The position numbers were made by a program, and so were the translations under genes. The notes under the pieces are model-generated. The model was not told the DNA's origin, did not search any database, and saw only the letters and a program-made list of their open reading frames with translations. A DNA stretch of 60,742 nucleotides from an uncultured virus (IMG/VR IMGVR_UViG_3300010998_000812) (taxonomy: Duplodnaviria; Heunggongvirae; Uroviricota; Caudoviricetes), in the IMG/VR virus record IMGVR_UViG_3300010998_000812. One strand, written 5' to 3'. Of this stretch, positions 49,946 to 57,726 are shown in pieces (the stretch's first letter is position 1; each line of letters starts with the position of its first letter).

Positions 49946-50273
49946 ATGTATATTCCAAAAAAACAAAGAAGAATGGGAAGATAGAGAAAACGCTAAAATT
50001 CTCATAGGTGTACTCATTGCCGTTGCATTTGGATGTGTCGCTGCTTTTGCTTTTCATGTCTATGACAATCCCGCCCCTTTCAGCACCCATAAAGAACAAA
50101 GCTCTCAAGCTGGAACTGTTGTTGTGCAACAACAATCTATCGCGGATGAAACCGTATCCAATGCAGAGCTTCTTGAAAAAATCGATGCTATGCAAGCGGA
50201 AATTGATGATTTACGCAGTCAGATTGAGGAAAGCAAACAGGGCATAGGTGCTGAAACGCCTAAAATTAAGTAA
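49946..50273 (+). pseudogene. Single-TM coiled-coil protein frameshifted in an A7 run (49957-49963)
   Basis: Removing one A joins MYIPK to NKEEWEDRENAKILIGVLIAVAFG...ETPKIK*. Confidence 0.6.
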
Positions 50274-50286
50274 TTAAGAGGATTTA

Positions 50287-50544
50287 ATGATGGATAATAT
50301 ATCTGAGAAAAAAGAGTTCGTTCAATGGGAGCAAGTGATAGCGTCTCTTGAACCATTGACGGATAGAATAATAATGATGAATACGAAAGCCTATTGTACA
50401 GGCAGTGATATTCTTCTTATCGAAGCTAAAGACTATATACCTGTATGGTTGGTAACAGTAAAGCATAAAAACAGGGTCGAAGAGGCTATATTCGCAGTCA
50501 CAGGCGAAAAACTTAAGGTGACATCTGTACACCTTTTCGATTAA
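50287..50544 (+). CDS. Small protein resembling DnaX C-terminal/DnaA-N-like domains
   Basis: W..V...L...T.A.....LLI......(V/I)..AI..VTG pattern. Confidence 0.45.
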   Translation: MMDNISEKKEFVQWEQVIASLEPLTDRIIMMNTKAYCTGSDILLIEAKDYIPVWLVTVKHKNRVEEAIFAVTGEKLKVTSVHLFD

Positions 50545-50608
50545 GACACACTAATTTTTTCATTTTCTTTCCCAACACTATATACGAGAGGCAGAAATGC
50601 CTCTCCAC

Positions 50609-50672
50609 CGTCCTGCTTTGGAAGGCGCATGTTTTGTCAGCTTGCAGCATCGGTTCAACTCCGATCAGGACG
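50609..50672 (+). ncRNA. Degenerate tRNA-like element
   Basis: Acceptor CGTCCTG/CAGGACG and T-arm ATCGG-TTCAACT-CCGAT; D and anticodon arms aberrant; no CCA. Confidence 0.5.
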
Positions 50673-50731
50673 TTTATTCCACCTCCTTATGGAACTTGAC
50701 TTCAAGGAGGAGTGCAAATCGCTCCTCCGTA

Positions 50732-50799
50732 TCGTTCTTTAGGTAAACAAGATACCGGAGCCAAAAGCTCAATTCCCGGTGTGAGTCCGGGCAGAACGA
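50732..50799 (+). ncRNA. Degenerate tRNA-like element
   Basis: Acceptor TCGTTCT/AGAACGA, T-like arm CCCGG-TGTGAGT-CCGGG, GAGC-CAAAA-GCTC arm. Confidence 0.45.
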
Positions 50800-50912
50800 A
50801 ACCCCTACGGCATTAAAGAGTGGTCGGACAGAAAACAATAGGTTTTGTAGGTGCAGGGAGATAATCATCGAGCCGCACCGAGTTAGGGTTGCAATGACCA
50901 TTCGCCCCACCT

Positions 50913-51005
50913 GCGAATGTACTCAAGCCGGTTCAAGAGGACGGTTTGCTAAACCGTTAGTGCGGATATACCGCAGCACGAGTTCGAATCTCGTCATTCG
51001 CGCCA
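50913..51005 (+). tRNA. tRNA-Ser(GCT)
   Basis: Full cloverleaf, ACGGT-TTGCTAA-ACCGT anticodon arm, long variable arm, G73, encoded CCA. Confidence 0.93.
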
Positions 51006-51061
51006 AAAAAGGATACAAGGGGAGCAATCCCCTCATATTCTTTCTATTTATAATAGTATAT

Positions 51062-51196
51062 GCGGAGAACACAGCACAGGCTTGGAAACAGCTACAGGAT
51101 GATCGCGACAAAATGTATCTTGCTCAAGCTCGGCGCGGGTGAGGACTATGAGGACGCTCATAGGCACCAAAAGGGTTCGAGTCCCTGCTCCGTTCC
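51062..51196 (+). ncRNA. Expanded tRNA-like RNA (135 nt)
   Basis: Acceptor GCGGAG/CTCCGT plus TCCA, T-arm AGGG-TTCGAGT-CCCT, with large hairpins replacing the D/anticodon/variable region. Confidence 0.55.
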
Positions 51197-51225
51197 AAAA
51201 GACAGCCCGGAAAGACGGGCAATAC

Positions 51226-51301
51226 GGTTCCTTAGTGAAGTGGTAAACACAACGCTCTTTCACGGCGTAGGCGCTCGGTTCGAATCCGGCAGGGATCACC
51301 A
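51226..51301 (+). tRNA. tRNA-Glu(TTC)
   Basis: Cloverleaf, ACGCT-CTTTCAC-GGCGT anticodon arm, encoded CCA. Confidence 0.9.
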
Positions 51302-51304
51302 TAC

Positions 51305-51393
51305 TGGAGCGTAGCCAAGAGGAAAGGCAACGGACTTTGACTCCGTCAGGCGGCGTTAGTCGTGCGTGGGTTCGAGTCCCACCGCTCCAACCA
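51305..51393 (+). tRNA. tRNA-Gln(TTG) with an atypical long variable arm
   Basis: TGGAGCG/CGCTCCA acceptor, ACGGA-CTTTGAC-TCCGT anticodon arm, 19-nt variable region, CCA. Confidence 0.85.
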
Positions 51394-51400
51394 TATTATC

Positions 51401-51509
51401 GGGCTGGCTCGACAGCCTTGGGACGATGAAGTACCTATCAAGCATAGGCAACTCTCGTTAAGGTTAATCCCACAATAGCATTCCTGTGGGCACTTATAAA
51501 AGTGCGAGA
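51401..51509 (+). ncRNA. Dispersed structured RNA, copy 6 (7 nt after the tRNA-Gln CCA)
   Basis: P1 like copy 3; P2-P4 like copy 1. Confidence 0.85.
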
Positions 51510-51585
51510 TTTGCGATTAGCTGTACGAAACAGCGTATAGAAATAACAAATATGATTATTACAAAAATAAGGAAGATAAGATTAT

Positions 51586-52428
51586 ATGAATAATGTAGCA
51601 AAAATATCCTGTACCTTACTGATGACTGCTTTAGCTACAGCTACATCGGTAAGCGCTGCGGGCATACACTCAAACCCGGATACAACCGAGGAAACTATAC
51701 AGGTCTTTGAACCTGATAACACGCTGGTAGGCTCACTTCAGATATCTGACAACGATGATGAGTTCTATAGTAAAATGAGCGGAACGATACCTCTTGACGA
51801 CACAGAAGAAGAGATAAAGATTGAAGAACCCAAGACTGTTGAGCTGGGAGAGAACCCGAACAGCAAATGGGATATAGGAGAAGCGGTTCCCTTGCCGGAT
51901 TTACCGACCTTTGTAATGTTCGGTACGGATTATCATAGGTATGACCTTTGGTACACACCCCACTACAGAATGAGACTGCTTGCCGAAACCGATGAACACG
52001 GCGCGAGAAAGTACAGAGACTGCTTTATGGTAGGTCTTGGCTCATACTATACTGAAGATATAGGAGATGTCTTTGAGATAACTCTTGATAACGGATATTC
52101 ATTCAGGATAATCCTTGGAGACGGAAAGGCAGACGGCGATACAGATGACAGGAATATGTACACACCTGTACCAGATTGGTTTGGAGAAGAGTGTGCCAAT
52201 GTGCTTGAGTTCATCATAGATGCTGAAAATATGCCCAATGACGCATATGAAAGTGGCGGGATGCATTATTTTGAAGAATTTCAGGGTAATATCGAAAGTA
52301 TGGTATATCTCGGAAGAGATACAAGCAATGATTGGACCACGTATTACACCGTGAATGATCTTATAGACGGTGTACCGGCATATGTGGTATACGGAGCCTT
52401 CGAGGAAGACGGAGGTGACGAGATGTGA
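51586..52428 (+). CDS. Secreted protein, possible cell-wall-acting domain
   Basis: Signal peptide, acidic linker, V.LGSYY...IGD.F.I.L.NG...D.KAD..TD motif. Confidence 0.65.
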   Translation: MNNVAKISCTLLMTALATATSVSAAGIHSNPDTTEETIQVFEPDNTLVGSLQISDNDDEFYSKMSGTIPLDDTEEEIKIEEPKTVELGENPNSKWDIGEAVPLPDLPTFVMFGTDYHRYDLWYTPHYRMRLLAETDEHGARKYRDCFMVGLGSYYTEDIGDVFEITLDNGYSFRIILGDGKADGDTDDRNMYTPVPDWFGEECANVLEFIIDAENMPNDAYESGGMHYFEEFQGNIESMVYLGRDTSNDWTTYYTVNDLIDGVPAYVVYGAFEEDGGDEM

Positions 52429-53447
52429 ACTATATCGGATCCAAGTATTCGCTCATAGGGTTTATCGACGATACTATAAGCAGCGTCACGGGGCTTAAGA
52501 ACGGGAAAGGTGTAGTTTTTGCCGACCTGTTCGCAGGAACCGGTGTCGTGGGAGCCCAATTTAAAGAAAAGGGCTGCCATGTTATAGCGAATGACTTGCA
52601 GTATTACAGTTATGTAATGAATAAGCAGTACATAGAAGGTGATGTCCTTATAGAATGTGCGCTGCTCGAACATCTGGACAACCTTAAGAGTAAGAAGGGT
52701 TTTATATATAAGAATTACTGTGCCGGTTCAGGAAGTGAAAGGAATTACTTTACCGACAACAATGGAATGAAGTGCGATGCGATAAGAATAGAACTCGAAA
52801 AACTTCACAGCGGGGGAGAGATAGACGACAAGACGTACTTTTACCTGCTTGCCAGTCTTGTAAATTCCATTGACAAGTATGCGAATACAGCGTCTATGTA
52901 CGGAGCATTCCTGAAATCGGTCAAGAAGTCGGCGCAAAGGGAGTTTAAACTTGAGCTTTTACCGATAATAAGCGGTGAAAACGGAGAGGTTTATAATACT
53001 GATACGAATGAATTGATTAAGAAAATATCGGGAGATATATTATATCTCGACCCGCCGTATAATGAAAGACAGTATTGTGCGTACTATCATCTTCTTGAGA
53101 CGATAGCGAGATATGATAACCCGAAAATAAGAGGGAAGACAGGCTTAAGAGACTATACCAATCAAAAAAGTCTATATTGTTCCAAGAGAACAGTAGAAGA
53201 GGCATTTGAGAAATTGATCGCGAACGCTGATTTCAGTTACATATTCTTAAGCTATAATAACGAAGGTCTAATGAGCCTTGATACGATTAAAGAGATAATG
53301 AGTAAGTACGGAGAGTACAGAAGATTTGAGAAGGAATACCGCAGATTTAAGGCGGATAAGGATGAAAACAGAAATATAAAAGCAGATACCACAACAGAGT
53401 ACCTGCACTGTCTTATTAAAGAAAACAAAGCGCTTTGCTGCGCTTAA
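52425..53447 (+). CDS. Orphan N6-adenine DNA methyltransferase (D12/FokI-like)
   Basis: MNYIGSK, DLFAGTG, LYLDPPYN.RQY, LSYNNEG. Confidence 0.92.
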   Translation: MNYIGSKYSLIGFIDDTISSVTGLKNGKGVVFADLFAGTGVVGAQFKEKGCHVIANDLQYYSYVMNKQYIEGDVLIECALLEHLDNLKSKKGFIYKNYCAGSGSERNYFTDNNGMKCDAIRIELEKLHSGGEIDDKTYFYLLASLVNSIDKYANTASMYGAFLKSVKKSAQREFKLELLPIISGENGEVYNTDTNELIKKISGDILYLDPPYNERQYCAYYHLLETIARYDNPKIRGKTGLRDYTNQKSLYCSKRTVEEAFEKLIANADFSYIFLSYNNEGLMSLDTIKEIMSKYGEYRRFEKEYRRFKADKDENRNIKADTTTEYLHCLIKENKALCCA

Positions 53448-53449
53448 GA

Positions 53450-53519
53450 TAGAAAGTCCGATTTGCTATAACCCCCAACAGGCGGGAAAACCCACGGTTT
53501 TAACCGTGTGGAGTGTCAA
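53450..53519 (+). mobile_element. IS200/IS605-family right-end remnant
   Basis: Subterminal hairpin CACGGTT-TT-AACCGTG followed by TGGAGTGTCAA ending in TCAA; no tnpA/tnpB nearby. Confidence 0.5.
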
Positions 53520-53534
53520 AATCATAATAATTAC

Positions 53535-53643
53535 GGGGCAGCTCGATGTCCTTGTGACGATGAAGTACCTATCACGCATAGGCAACTCTCGTCAAGGTTA
53601 ATCCCTGTATAGTATTCCACAGGGCACTTACAATAGTGCGAGA
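53535..53643 (+). ncRNA. Dispersed structured RNA, copy 7
   Basis: P3 CCCTGT/ACAGGG with loop ATAGTATTCC. Confidence 0.85.
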
Positions 53644-53672
53644 AACGTGAGCTCGTAGTATGGAGGCTTTAT

Positions 53673-54278
53673 ATGAAAGAATTATCATTGCGTTATCCGA
53701 AGTGCGGCACTGAATTGCCTTTGTTCGGTGAATGTTCTAAGTGTGAGAAGAACTCGGCAGAAAACGACAAAGAAGAGTCAGATTCTCTTATAATGGCAAG
53801 ATATTCAGGTTTTGCGTCCAAGGCGAAGGAAGTTAAATCGTTGATTATCGGTAAAGACTACGAAAATGCGCTTAAGAGCTCAATGGAGCTTAGCGATGCT
53901 GTTGACGAGGACGCAACAGATAAATTGGAACAGAGGCTGAATGATATCGTTTACAACGCAAAGAATAAGGCTCTGTGGGCGGTGAGGGTAGCACTATGCG
54001 CTGCTCAGCTTATCTTAGCTACAGTGGTAGAGGGTATTTCATTCCAAAATAACGATGTAAGAACGGGACTGCTGTTTTCGCTTATCGCGGGAATATGGTT
54101 CACTCTGCTTCTTTTCGCCTTTTTATTCGCGTTGAAAAGCCAGCAGGAACAGGGTCAGAGAATTCACGAAGCAACAGAGATGGTTGATAACTTCATAGAT
54201 TTCTGTGAGACCAACAGTACCAGAGCAGCTGCGGCTGTTGCGAAGAAAGCCAAGGAGGTTCATATCAATGAATGCTGA
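53673..54278 (+). CDS. Membrane protein (2 TM)
   Basis: GGAGG RBS; two hydrophobic segments. Confidence 0.75.
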   Translation: MKELSLRYPKCGTELPLFGECSKCEKNSAENDKEESDSLIMARYSGFASKAKEVKSLIIGKDYENALKSSMELSDAVDEDATDKLEQRLNDIVYNAKNKALWAVRVALCAAQLILATVVEGISFQNNDVRTGLLFSLIAGIWFTLLLFAFLFALKSQQEQGQRIHEATEMVDNFIDFCETNSTRAAAAVAKKAKEVHINEC

Positions 54279-54684
54279 AAAGATAAAACAGACCTATGGG
54301 AACGTCCTTTGGACAGGGAAAAAGTGTATATTGGGACTGCCTATATCCTTCACAAGATACATATTAACAGATACTACGCTCTACACAAGGATAGGTCTGT
54401 TTAATATAAGAGAGGACGAAATAGAGCTTTATCGTGTGTTCGACAAGAAGATTTCATTCAGCTTTTTCCAGCGCATCTTCGGAGTAGGAACCATTGTTCT
54501 GTCTGCAAAAGATATAGATACTCCCGAAAAGAAGCTCATCTCCATACGGAAATCAAGAGATGTGAAGAAGTTGCTTGATGAGGTCGTACACTCCCAGCGT
54601 GACAAATATTATGTACGCGGCAGGGATATGATCGGGATGCATATTGATGCCGCTTCAGACCTGATGTCGGAAGATTTCACGTAA
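54268..54684 (+). CDS. Bacterial PH-domain protein
   Basis: FTRY.LT...G....EDEIELYRV.D...FQRIFGVGTI. Confidence 0.85.
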   Translation: MNAEKIKQTYGNVLWTGKKCILGLPISFTRYILTDTTLYTRIGLFNIREDEIELYRVFDKKISFSFFQRIFGVGTIVLSAKDIDTPEKKLISIRKSRDVKKLLDEVVHSQRDKYYVRGRDMIGMHIDAASDLMSEDFT

Positions 54685-54719
54685 ATATAATGCGCACTTA
54701 AGTGCAGGAAGGAAAGAAT

Positions 54720-54881
54720 ATGTTGATAATAGGCATAATAACAAGTTTTATGGTGGTAGGAGCATTTGCTTATGCACTTGTAAGAGGGGCAGCATTAAGT
54801 AGAAGTCCTGAGGAGAACAGGAGAAACGATGAAGAACAGATAGAGTATCTGTCCGATATTTACCACTCAACAGCCCGATAA
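54720..54881 (+). CDS. Small membrane protein (53 aa, not in track)
   Basis: AGGAAGG RBS; MLIIGIITSFMVVGAFAYALVRG...DEEQIEYL. Confidence 0.65.
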   Translation: MLIIGIITSFMVVGAFAYALVRGAALSRSPEENRRNDEEQIEYLSDIYHSTAR

Positions 54882-54961
54882 GCGTTATACGCTGCATATA
54901 GAGGGACCGTGCTGCACAATTGTTCTTAAGAGGTTTACTTTTTAAGCGCAAGTGCAGCCTG

Positions 54962-54990
54962 AAAAGAGGCACTTTCGGGTGTCTCTTTTT
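54962..54990. terminator. Bidirectional terminator
   Basis: AAAAGAGGCAC-TTTCGG-GTGTCTCTTTT between convergent genes. Confidence 0.8.
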
Positions 54991-55138
54991 ATTTTCGCTG
55001 TTTCTTCTTCCGATTATCCTTACCATAAGGGATTTTCTTCTTACCGATATTAATGGTCTTTTCTTTGGTGTCTACACACATAAATACAAGGAGCAATATA
55101 AGAGCAAGAGCTAAGCATATCATAACAGTCTGAAACAT
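54989..55138 (-). CDS. Small membrane protein with basic tail (49 aa, not in track)
   Basis: GGAAGGAG RBS, own minus-strand CATACTA (55175-55181); MFQTVMICLALALILLLVFMCVD...RKKKQRK*. Confidence 0.7.
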   Translation of the reverse strand: MFQTVMICLALALILLLVFMCVDTKEKTINIGKKKIPYGKDNRKKKQRK

Positions 55139-55282
55139 AAGGCATTCTCCTTCCTGAAAACGTTTCCTTTATAATAGTATGATTTTTGAGGGTGCGAAAA
55201 GACGATAGCAATTACTTCCACATTAGCGGCTATCGGCATAACAAAAACGACCCCTATTGGGATCGTTCCTGTACAGTATATA

Positions 55283-56695
55283 TTAACCAGCAAAGCTGAG
55301 ATTCGGATAAACATACTCAAGATATTCCTTGAAATTATCGTAAACATCCATTTTGGTAAGCTCTCCGGAGAAGAATGCCTCAAAGTCGTTTTGTAATCCT
55401 ATCTGAAGCATAAAGTCGTAGGAGGAGTGGTTTGTGTACTGTATGTCATCAGCAGCGGCACTGAGCACACCGATAGGGTTCTGCCCTCCAAGGAAGGTGC
55501 TATTCAAGGACATATCCTTTGAAAGGGCATCGTTGACCTTCTTGTTATTAGGAATGATGCCTTCCTTTGTGGCAAGGGTCTTGCACATATCTTCGTTTTC
55601 GGTGAAAAATTTAGCTATATCAGCAATCAATTCGCCATCATCTGTACCGGAAGCCACGAGGATCCAATAGTTGTTCCAGAAAGAGGACTGAGGAGCTTTG
55701 CATATAGCCCAATCTCCATTGGAACCGGTTTCATCATCATATGCGGTGTACATATTGAGAGCATAATACCAAGGAGCGCCGAAATAGCACATAGTTTTGC
55801 CTGAACCGCTCATCTGCTCAAACACCTTGTCATCCCAGCTGCTCACATTGAGGCAGGAACCATCAAGAACAAGATCTCTTGTGTATGACAGCCATTCCGA
55901 TATACTATTGGGGATTGTTACTGTGGTTCCAGATACCCAAGGAGCATCAATATTGTTGCAGACGATGTTATATGTTGAGTCGTATCCCGCCATCATATAA
56001 TAACCTGCCGATTTTGCTTTCTTAGCGACTTCAGCAAACTTTTCCCAAGTATCAAGAGCCGATTGTACCTCCGTCGGGTCATCCGTACCAATGACTGCCT
56101 TAGCAATAGAGCGTCTGTAAATGAGAACTTCGGGGTCTATCCTGTAAGTAAAACCCTTGACAACACCGTTAGAGTCCGAGGCTACCTGAACCGTATATTC
56201 GTACATAGAGCTTGATGGGGCTGCACCTATGGTCGAAATGTCAAGTGTAAGCAGGGAGTCAGTGTATTTCGCCATATATTCCGGGTCTATCAGGAACAAA
56301 TCAACCTTATCATCGGCGGATGCAGTGGGCTGTTTGGAAAGAGCCTCGTCAAGAGCATCCTGATACACACCCTCCGGGACTATCCAGTTGACTGTAACGC
56401 CTTCAAGAGCAGCAGGGTCAGACTTCACATAGTATTTGTTGAATAAATACTGGAAGCTGGTATCGGGAGCATAAACATTAAATGTTGTTTTAGTAACTTC
56501 CACAGGCTCTACGGTGGGCTCGCCGGTTGTATCTACCTCTTCGGGAGCATCAGATATACCATTATCATCCGTCACTGCAATCTCTGTCTGTTCGCCCTCA
56601 AGGGACTCTAATGCGGGCTTCTCTTCCTTTCCGCAAGCCGTAATCGAGAGCAGGACAGCTGCAAGTGTTAAGCAAGAGAGTAATCTTTTTCTCAT
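55283..56695 (-). CDS. Carbohydrate ABC transporter substrate-binding lipoprotein
   Basis: Lipobox ITAC; YRRSIAK.V.GTDDP.EVQ, GDWA, FLGGQNP; minus-strand CATACTA at 56741-56747. Confidence 0.88.
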   Translation of the reverse strand: MRKRLLSCLTLAAVLLSITACGKEEKPALESLEGEQTEIAVTDDNGISDAPEEVDTTGEPTVEPVEVTKTTFNVYAPDTSFQYLFNKYYVKSDPAALEGVTVNWIVPEGVYQDALDEALSKQPTASADDKVDLFLIDPEYMAKYTDSLLTLDISTIGAAPSSSMYEYTVQVASDSNGVVKGFTYRIDPEVLIYRRSIAKAVIGTDDPTEVQSALDTWEKFAEVAKKAKSAGYYMMAGYDSTYNIVCNNIDAPWVSGTTVTIPNSISEWLSYTRDLVLDGSCLNVSSWDDKVFEQMSGSGKTMCYFGAPWYYALNMYTAYDDETGSNGDWAICKAPQSSFWNNYWILVASGTDDGELIADIAKFFTENEDMCKTLATKEGIIPNNKKVNDALSKDMSLNSTFLGGQNPIGVLSAAADDIQYTNHSSYDFMLQIGLQNDFEAFFSGELTKMDVYDNFKEYLEYVYPNLSFAG

Positions 56696-56785
56696 ACATA
56701 CCTCCAAGAAAACATTATTCTTTTCTTATTTCGCTACTTATAGTATGATTTCTGAAACGGCAAAAGCGTTGTTTTCAAGCAAAGT

Positions 56786-56835
56786 TGTGTACGAAGCGTA
56801 ATAGTTTGCATTTTTCTTCCCGAAAAACCATACTA
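56786..56835 (+). promoter_or_regulatory. TGTGTACGA-box CATACTA promoter, divergent from the SBP promoter
   Basis: Box at 56786, -10 at 56829. Confidence 0.7.
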
Positions 56836-56862
56836 TAGATGAACACAGATGGAGGTGAGCGT

Positions 56863-57726
56863 ATGGCAAATAGCAGTATAAAGGCAGCATATACCGATGG
56901 CTGTTTGAGATTTTCAGATGAAGTCGAGATAATCTCATTAGTAGAATTGGAACAGAATGAGCATATAAGAAAGATTGACTTCAACAATGTCAAAAGTATA
57001 ATTGCAAGCGCTCATGCTCAGGGGTTCAACGAGTTTTTCCCAAATCTTGAGGAAATAACAGCACCTCAGATAAAGAAAGTCAATAATTTCTTGTTCTCTG
57101 ATTGTATTCACCTTAATAGTGTATCACTGGAAAAAGCCGAAGAAATAGGTGTGGAAACTTTTTACGGCTGTAAATCACTTAAGACCATAAATCTCCCTAA
57201 CGCAATAACTATTGAGAGTGAGGCGTTTTTAAGAAGCGGACTTGAATATTTTGAGTCTCCCGTTACACTTAAGCTTGTAGGCTCCAAGACTTTTGCCCGA
57301 ACAGCACTAAAGGAAATAAATCTGAAAAATGTTGAAATGGTACGCCAAGAAGCATTCAAAGAGTGTCACGAACTTAAGATAATCAAGGCTCGAAGCACAT
57401 CGGTTTTTAGCGAAACCTTTTCGTTGGCAGGGATATACAATCTGGAGACGCTGATTTTAGATCTTCCAAATAATACAGACAACTATCCTTTTGTGCGGGA
57501 AGGGAAGACTTATACAGTTAAGGATTTGATGACCGGCAGGATAGTACGATGTATATCAGGTCCTATATTCACAAAAAAATCAAAGAGATATGTACAAAGA
57601 ATACCTTACGGCGAAAAAGGATACATATACACACTTGCTAACGGGAACTATGCGATTGACGATTCAGTACATTTTGAATGGAATATCCCGCTGAAAGAGC
57701 TTGATAACAAGCTGAAGGCAATGTAA
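56863..57726 (+). CDS. BspA-type leucine-rich repeat protein
   Basis: I...(A/T)F..C..L..I.L repeats; GGAGG RBS. Confidence 0.85.
   Translation: MANSSIKAAYTDGCLRFSDEVEIISLVELEQNEHIRKIDFNNVKSIIASAHAQGFNEFFPNLEEITAPQIKKVNNFLFSDCIHLNSVSLEKAEEIGVETFYGCKSLKTINLPNAITIESEAFLRSGLEYFESPVTLKLVGSKTFARTALKEINLKNVEMVRQEAFKECHELKIIKARSTSVFSETFSLAGIYNLETLILDLPNNTDNYPFVREGKTYTVKDLMTGRIVRCISGPIFTKKSKRYVQRIPYGEKGYIYTLANGNYAIDDSVHFEWNIPLKELDNKLKAM

Noticed and set aside
51300..51306. CATACTG between tRNA-Glu and tRNA-Gln as a promoter
   Set aside because: Formed by the CCA end plus spacer; mismatched and lacks the upstream T-rich -35
50674..51314. ORF-track proteins over the tRNA cluster
   Set aside because: They overlap tRNA and tRNA-like genes and have no convincing RBS
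2799..53643. Repeated element as a CRISPR array, attC site or MITE
   Set aside because: Copies are dispersed and lack spacers, terminal inverted repeats and target duplications; no cas or integrase gene is in the window; G-U-tolerant covariation favours RNA
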